Source: the human T2T-CHM13v2.0 reference genome, Homo sapiens. Taken from it: 64,000 bases of DNA. The DNA lies in assembly GCF_009914755.1 (NCBI RefSeq), contig NC_060927.1; one strand, written 5' to 3'. A program made the translations under genes and the position numbers. Of this stretch, positions 58,167 to 64,000 are shown piece by piece. The notes beneath the pieces are model-generated. The model ran no database searches and was not told where the DNA came from. It worked only from the letters and a program-made list of their open reading frames with translations. Within the stretch, counting starts at the first letter, position 1. Each line of letters starts with the position of its first letter.

Positions 58167-58935
58167 CCTGCAGATATGCAATTGCTCCAGCACCAATTAG
58201 ACTTCTAACATCTTTTAATCCCTTAAAACCTTAAACAGGTGAACAGCAAAGTTTCATTATCATGTATTATCATACAGGATGCTTTCATGCATAGTAATGA
58301 AAGTTAGTTTGATTGCAGTTTATTTTTGGACACATTTTACTCTGTCATTGGTTCTTTTAAAAACATAATTATGCATAGAATAAGATATTTAACTTATATT
58401 TTTTCCATTGTTACCCTGATATGCTTTTGTGCGCTTGTAAGATGAAATGTTATCTAGTACTATGACAGACACATTTGTGTCTTAGTTTTGACTTTAATGA
58501 GGATGCTTCTAATCTACCCTTATTTAATATAAATGCTAGTTTGAGGATTGAGAAAAAATATTTTATCATATTAAGCATATATCATTTTACAGTTAAAATA
58601 TATTATATATATTTTATAGTTCAAGGTTTTTATCCAGAACAAGTATTGAATTTTATCTAATGGCTTTTTAGTATCTAAGGAAATGATAATTAAGATGATA
58701 CTTATCTATCAGTATCTAATATAGTAATTTATACGAACAGATTTCCTGATATTGAACCAGTCTTTTATTCCTAGAATAAACCATGTTTGGTCATGTAGTA
58801 TTGATTTTGAATATAATTCTTTGCTAATATTTTCTTCAGAATTTTATAACTATTTCCTGTATATGTTTCTCTCTATAGAATCTTTTATTGGGAGAAGTAG
58901 TTCCAAAATGGAAACTCTGTTTTTTATGTTCTAAA

Positions 58936-59284
58936 GCAGCAGTCCCCAACGTTTTTGGCACCATGAACTGGTTTCATGGAAGACAAATTTTCTACAGACT
59001 GGAGACAGGCTGGGGGGCGGGGGGAGGGTTTCAGGATGAAACTGTTCCACCTCAGATCACCAGGCATTAGATTACCATAAGGAGCGGGCAACATTGATCC
59101 CTCACGTGCACAGTTCACACTAGGGTTTGTGCTCCTACGAGAATCTAATGCTGCCACTGATCTGAGAGCAGGCAGATCTCTGGCCTTACTGCTTGCTCAC
59201 CCACCGCTCACCTCCTGCTGTGCAGCCCAGTTCCTAACAGGCCCTGATGGGTACCGGTTGGTGGCCTGGGGATTTGTGATACCT
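58936..59284. mobile_element. MER1B-like hAT-Charlie
   Basis: cagcagtccccaacgtttttggcacc...tcagatcaccaggcattagatt...ggcctggggatttg. Confidence 0.85.
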
Positions 59285-59321
59285 GCTCTTGAACAGTCCA
59301 AATAGCATTGGGACTACCTGT

Positions 59322-60928
59322 CTTTTTTGTTTGTTTGTTTTTTGTTTTTGAGACAGAGTGTTGCTCTGTCACCCAGGCTGAGGTACAGTGGCGCCATGTC
59401 GGCTCACTGCAACCTCCACCTCCAGGTTTAAGCAATTCTCCTCCCTCAGCCTCCAGAGTAGCTGGCACCACAGGCATGCCCACCACGCCTGGCTAATTTT
59501 TTTATTTTTAGTAGAGACAGAGTTTTGCCATGTTGGCCAGGCTGGTCTCGAACTCAAGTGATCTGCCTGCCTGGGTCTCCCAAAGTGCTGGGATTACAGT
59601 GAGCTACAGTGCTCCGCTGAGATTATCTGTTTTTTATAGGCTTAGAAATAGTCCCAGCTGGGCATGGTGGCTCATGACTGTAATCCCAGCACATTGGGAG
59701 GCCCAGGCAGATGGATCGCTTGAGCCCAGGAGTTTGAGAACAGTCTAGGCAACATGGCAAAACTTCATCTCTATAAAAAACACAAAAATTAGCCAGGTGT
59801 GGTGGCACACACAGCTACTCGGGAGGCTGAGGTGGGAGGATCACCTGAGCCTGGGAGGTCAGAGGCTGCAGTGAGCAGGGATGCCATGCCCCTGCACTCC
59901 AGCCTGGGTAACATACTGAGACCCTGTCTCAAAAAAGGAAAAAGAGTCCCATGTGAAACTGTCTTGACATAGTCTTTTGGGGAAGACAAGTCTTTAAAAA
60001 GTTTTAAGTAAGTTTATAGTAACTGAGCTATTTAGACCAATTTTGGGAAGTTATATTTTAATAAAATTGTTTTATTAGAACATTATATATTATATCCAGG
60101 TTTTCAAATTTAGTAGCACAGGGTTTAGTAAAGTATTATTTTATTGTTTTGTTAAGTTAATCTCTACCTGTAATTGTTTCGTTTATTATATCTCATTTAT
60201 ATAATTAAATTTTTTCTTTAAAAATTAGAAAAACAGGCCGGGCGCAGTGGCTTACGCCTGTACTCCCAGCACTTTGGGAGGCCGAGGCAGGCGGATCACA
60301 AGGTCAGGAGATGGAGACCATCCTGGCTAACAGGGTGAAACCCCATCTCTACTAAAAAATACAAAGAAAAAAACTAGCTGGGTGTGGTCGTGGGCGCCTG
60401 TAGTCCCAGCTACTCGGCAGGCCTGAGGTAGGAGAATGGTGTGAAACTGGGAGGCAGAGCTTGCAGTGAGCCAAGATCATGCCACTGCACTCCAGCCTGG
60501 GTGACAGAGCGAGACTCTGACCAAAAAAAAAAAAAAAAAAAAATTAGAAAAACAGCAAGTTTATTGCTTTGAACACTGCCCAGCAAAGAACCAACTTTTG
60601 GACCCTTTAAAAATATTCTGACATTTGGCCGAGTGTGGTGGCTCACACCTGTAATCCCAGCACTTTGGGAGGCCAAGGTGGGTGGATCGCCTGAGGTCAG
60701 GAGTTTGAGAACAGACTGACCAAGAGGGTGAAACCCCATCGCTACTAAAAATACAAAAATTAGCTGGGCATAGTGACAGGTGCCTGTAAGCTCAGCTACT
60801 CGGAGGCTGAAGCAGGAGAATCACTTGAAGCTGGGAGGCAGAGGTTTCAGTGAGCCAAGATCGTACCACCGGACTCCAGCCTAGGCAACAGAGTAAGACT
60901 CTGTCTCAAAAAAAAAAAAAAAAAAAAA
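59322..60928. mobile_element. Alu cluster: minus 59322-59620, plus 59655-59943, plus 60236-60543, plus 60627-60928
   Basis: Recognisable Alu dimers; TSD aaaaattagaaaaaca around the 60236 copy. Confidence 0.88.
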
Positions 60929-61211
60929 ATTCTGACTTTTAAAAAAATTTTGGATTTATTCAATATCTGCCTTTTTCTTTATTAATACCATCCCTCTACT
61001 TTCCTTCTATTTATTTTTATTGCTCTTTTTCTAAATTCTAACATTGGATACTTACTTCAATTATTTTAGTTTTGTTTATTAATGTAAGAATTTAGGCCAT
61101 AGAATTTCCTCTGAACACTTCCATAGTTATATCCCACAGGTTCTGATAAATTTCCATTTTATCCAAGAATTATTTAAAAATTGTGAAATCAAAATTTCCA
61201 GGTGGGAGGTA

Positions 61212-64000
61212 GAGGGGATCATGGCGGACGGGAGGCAGGACTAGATTGAAGTTCTGGACAGAGCAGCATGCAGAGGCTTGCATTGTGAATTTTAGCTCCA
61301 GATCAACTGCAAGAAAGAAACAGCAATCCCGAGAGGACCTACAGACCCTCGGAAGAAAGCGAACTGCTCCTGTAGGACCTGGGAGACACCCCAAATACTG
61401 TACCGCAGAAGAGGGAAAGGGAGACCCTCTTCTCCCGAACACACACCCCCACTGGAGAAGCTGAAGATCTGTTTGCAGAAGTTTCCAACTTTACCTGGAG
61501 CTGAGTCAAGTTAGAGAGCCAAGCAAAAATACAGGGGTAGAGGAAGCAGCAGAAAGGTCCCAGGAGCTTGCTGGGTCCCCAAGCAGCCCATTCCTGCCTG
61601 GCACCACAGGGAACCATAGGGAGGGTGGCCAGAGGACCAGTGAATAAAACTCCACAGGAAGAAGGAATTCTCTAGCTGAATTTTGTAACAACTTGAACAG
61701 GGTGAGAAGCCTCCTGGCCAGAACTCAGGGGAGGGCGGGAATCTGGAGCGCAGACTTCACAGGTAGGGGAAGAACTGAAGCCCTTTTCTTTCGCAGCTGG
61801 GAGACGGATAGCCTCGGGCAAGTTTTCAAGCATATCTCGTCCTCCACCTGGAAACAGACTTAGAGCTGTTGAGGGGAGCACGGCAGGAGTGAGACTGGCC
61901 CTTTGGTTTGCATGGGAGCCTGGTGAGGCCTGTGGCTACCAGCTTTCCTCCACTTCCCAGACAACCTGTGTGACTTAGCAGAGGCAGCCATAATCCTCCT
62001 AGGTACACAACTCCAATGACCTGGGAATCTCACCTCAATTCCCCACAGCAGCTTCAGCAAGACCCACCCAAGGAGAGTCTGAACTCAGACATGCCTAGGC
62101 CCACCCCCACCTGATGGTCCTTCCCTACCCACCCAGGCAGCAGAAGACAAAGGGCATATAACCTTGAGTGTTCTAGGGCTGCACCCACTGCCAGTCTCTC
62201 TCCACACTGCTACAGCTAATGCTTTCTGAAAAGCGCCACCTCCTGGCAGGAGGCCAACCAGCACAAAAATAGAGCATTAAACCACCAAAGCTAAAGACCC
62301 TCATGGAGTCCATTGCACCATCGGCCACCTCCACTGGAACAGGAGCTTGTATCCATGGCTGAGAGAACCATAGACAGTTCAAATCACAGGACTCTGTGCA
62401 GACAACCCCCTGCATCAGCCCAGAGCTGGGTAGACTCGCTGGGTGGCTAGACCCAGACAAATATCACTGCAGTTTGTCTCACAGGAAGCCACATCTATAG
62501 GAAAAAGGGGAGAGTCAAGGGAACACCCTGTGGGACAAAAGAAACTGAACAAAAGGCTTCAGCCCTAGACCTTCCCTCTGAAAGAGCCTATCCAAATGAG
62601 AAGGAACCAGAAAACCAACCCAGGTAATATGATAAAACAAGGCCCTTCAACACCCCCCACTAAAATCATACTACTTCATCAACAATGGATCCAAACCAAG
62701 AAGAAATCCCTGATTTACCTGAAAAACAATTCAGGTGGTTAGTTATTAAGCTAATCAGGGAAGGATCAGAGAAAGGCGAAGCCCAATGCAAGGAAATCCA
62801 AAAAATGATACAAGAAATGAAGGGAGAAATATTCAAGGAAATAGATAGCTTAAAGAAAAAACAATAAAAAAATTCAGGAAACTTTAGTCACACTTTTAGA
62901 AATGCAAAATGCTCTGGAAAGTCTCCGCAATAGAATTGAACAAACAGAAGAAAGAAATTCAGAGCCTGAGGACAAAGTCTTCAAATTAACCCAATCCAAC
63001 AAAGAAAAAAAATAAGAAAATATGAACAAAGCCTCCAAGAAGTCTGGGGTTATGTTAAATGATGAAACCTAAGAATAATCAGTGCTCCTGAGGAAGAAGA
63101 GAATTCTAAAAGCCTGGAAAACATATTGGGGGGAATAATTGAGGAAAACTTCCCCGGCCTTGCGACAGACCTAGACATCTAAATACAAAAAGCACAAAGA
63201 ACACCTGGTAAATTCATCGCAAAAGATCTTTGCCTAGGCACATTGTTATCAGGTTATCCAAAGTTAAGATGAAGGAAAGAATCTTAAGAGCTGTGAGACA
63301 GAAGATGCAGGTAACCTATAAAGGCAAACCTATCAGATTAACAGCAGATTTCTTTGCAGAAACCCTACAAGCTAGAAGGGATGGGGGACCTATCTTCAGC
63401 CTCCTCAAACATAATAATTATCAGCCAAGAATTTTGTATTCGGTGAAACTAAGCATCACATATGAAGGAAAGATACAGTCATTTTCAGACAAACAAATGC
63501 TGAGAGAATTTGCCATTACCAAGCCACCATTATAAGAACTGCTAAGAGGAGCTCTAAATCTTGAAACAAATCCTGGAAACACATCAAAACAGAACCTCGT
63601 TAAAGCATAAATCACACAGGACCTGTAAGACAAAAATACAAGTGAAAAAGCAAAAACAAAAACCGAAAAACCCCAAAGTACACCAGCAACAAAGGGCACG
63701 TTGAAAGCAATGGTACCTCACATTTCAATACTAACATTTAATGTAAATGGCCTAAATGCTCCACTTGAAAGATACAGAAACACAGAGTGGATAAGAACTC
63801 ACCAACAAACTATCTGCTGCCTTCAGGAGACTCACCTAACACATAAGGACTCACATAAACTTAAAGTAAAGGGGTGGAAGAAGGCATTTCATGCACATGG
63901 ACACCAAAAGTGAGCAGAGGTAGCTATTCTTATATCAGATGAAATAAATTTTAAAGCAACAGTGATTAAAAGAGACAGAGAGGGACAATTACATAATGAT
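61212..64000 (+). mobile_element. L1PB-type LINE-1 5' portion (5'UTR, disrupted ORF1, start of ORF2), runs off the window
   Basis: Starts gaggggatcatggcggacgggaggcaggactag. ORF1 fragments at 62685 and 63230 (PRHIVIRLSKVKMKERILRAVRQK). ORF2 EN start HISILTFNVNGLNAPL..CCLQETHL at 63701. Confidence 0.93.

Overview
This is primate (very probably human) euchromatic DNA. The only intact coding sequence is RPL39L, the 51-aa retrogene paralog of ribosomal protein eL39 (minus strand, 32575-32730), which I recall lies at human 3q27.3. It is apparently transcribed from a CpG island at ~50550-51310 through two non-coding exons (50645-~50905 and 39430-39493). Most of the rest is interspersed repeat: old L1M and L1PB LINEs, about 25 Alus, ERVL/MaLR/ERV1 LTR elements and DNA-transposon MITEs. 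The main hunt result is a decayed, multi-exon, protein-coding gene on the minus strand inside the RPL39L introns. It has seven coding exons with canonical splice sites and mostly consistent phases, and about 480 codons can be reconstructed. The RPL39 retrocopy appears to have landed just 3' of this gene's last exon and taken over its promoter and one former coding exon. It also turned its own ancestral 5'TOP tract into a splice acceptor. Other notable items are an isolated ~1.5-monomer alpha-satellite fragment (172-bp period), a probable L1PB 3' transduction, templated-insertion scars and a retroviral env remnant. Repeat subfamily names come from remembered consensus sequences, not a database run, and most repeat boundaries are approximate.
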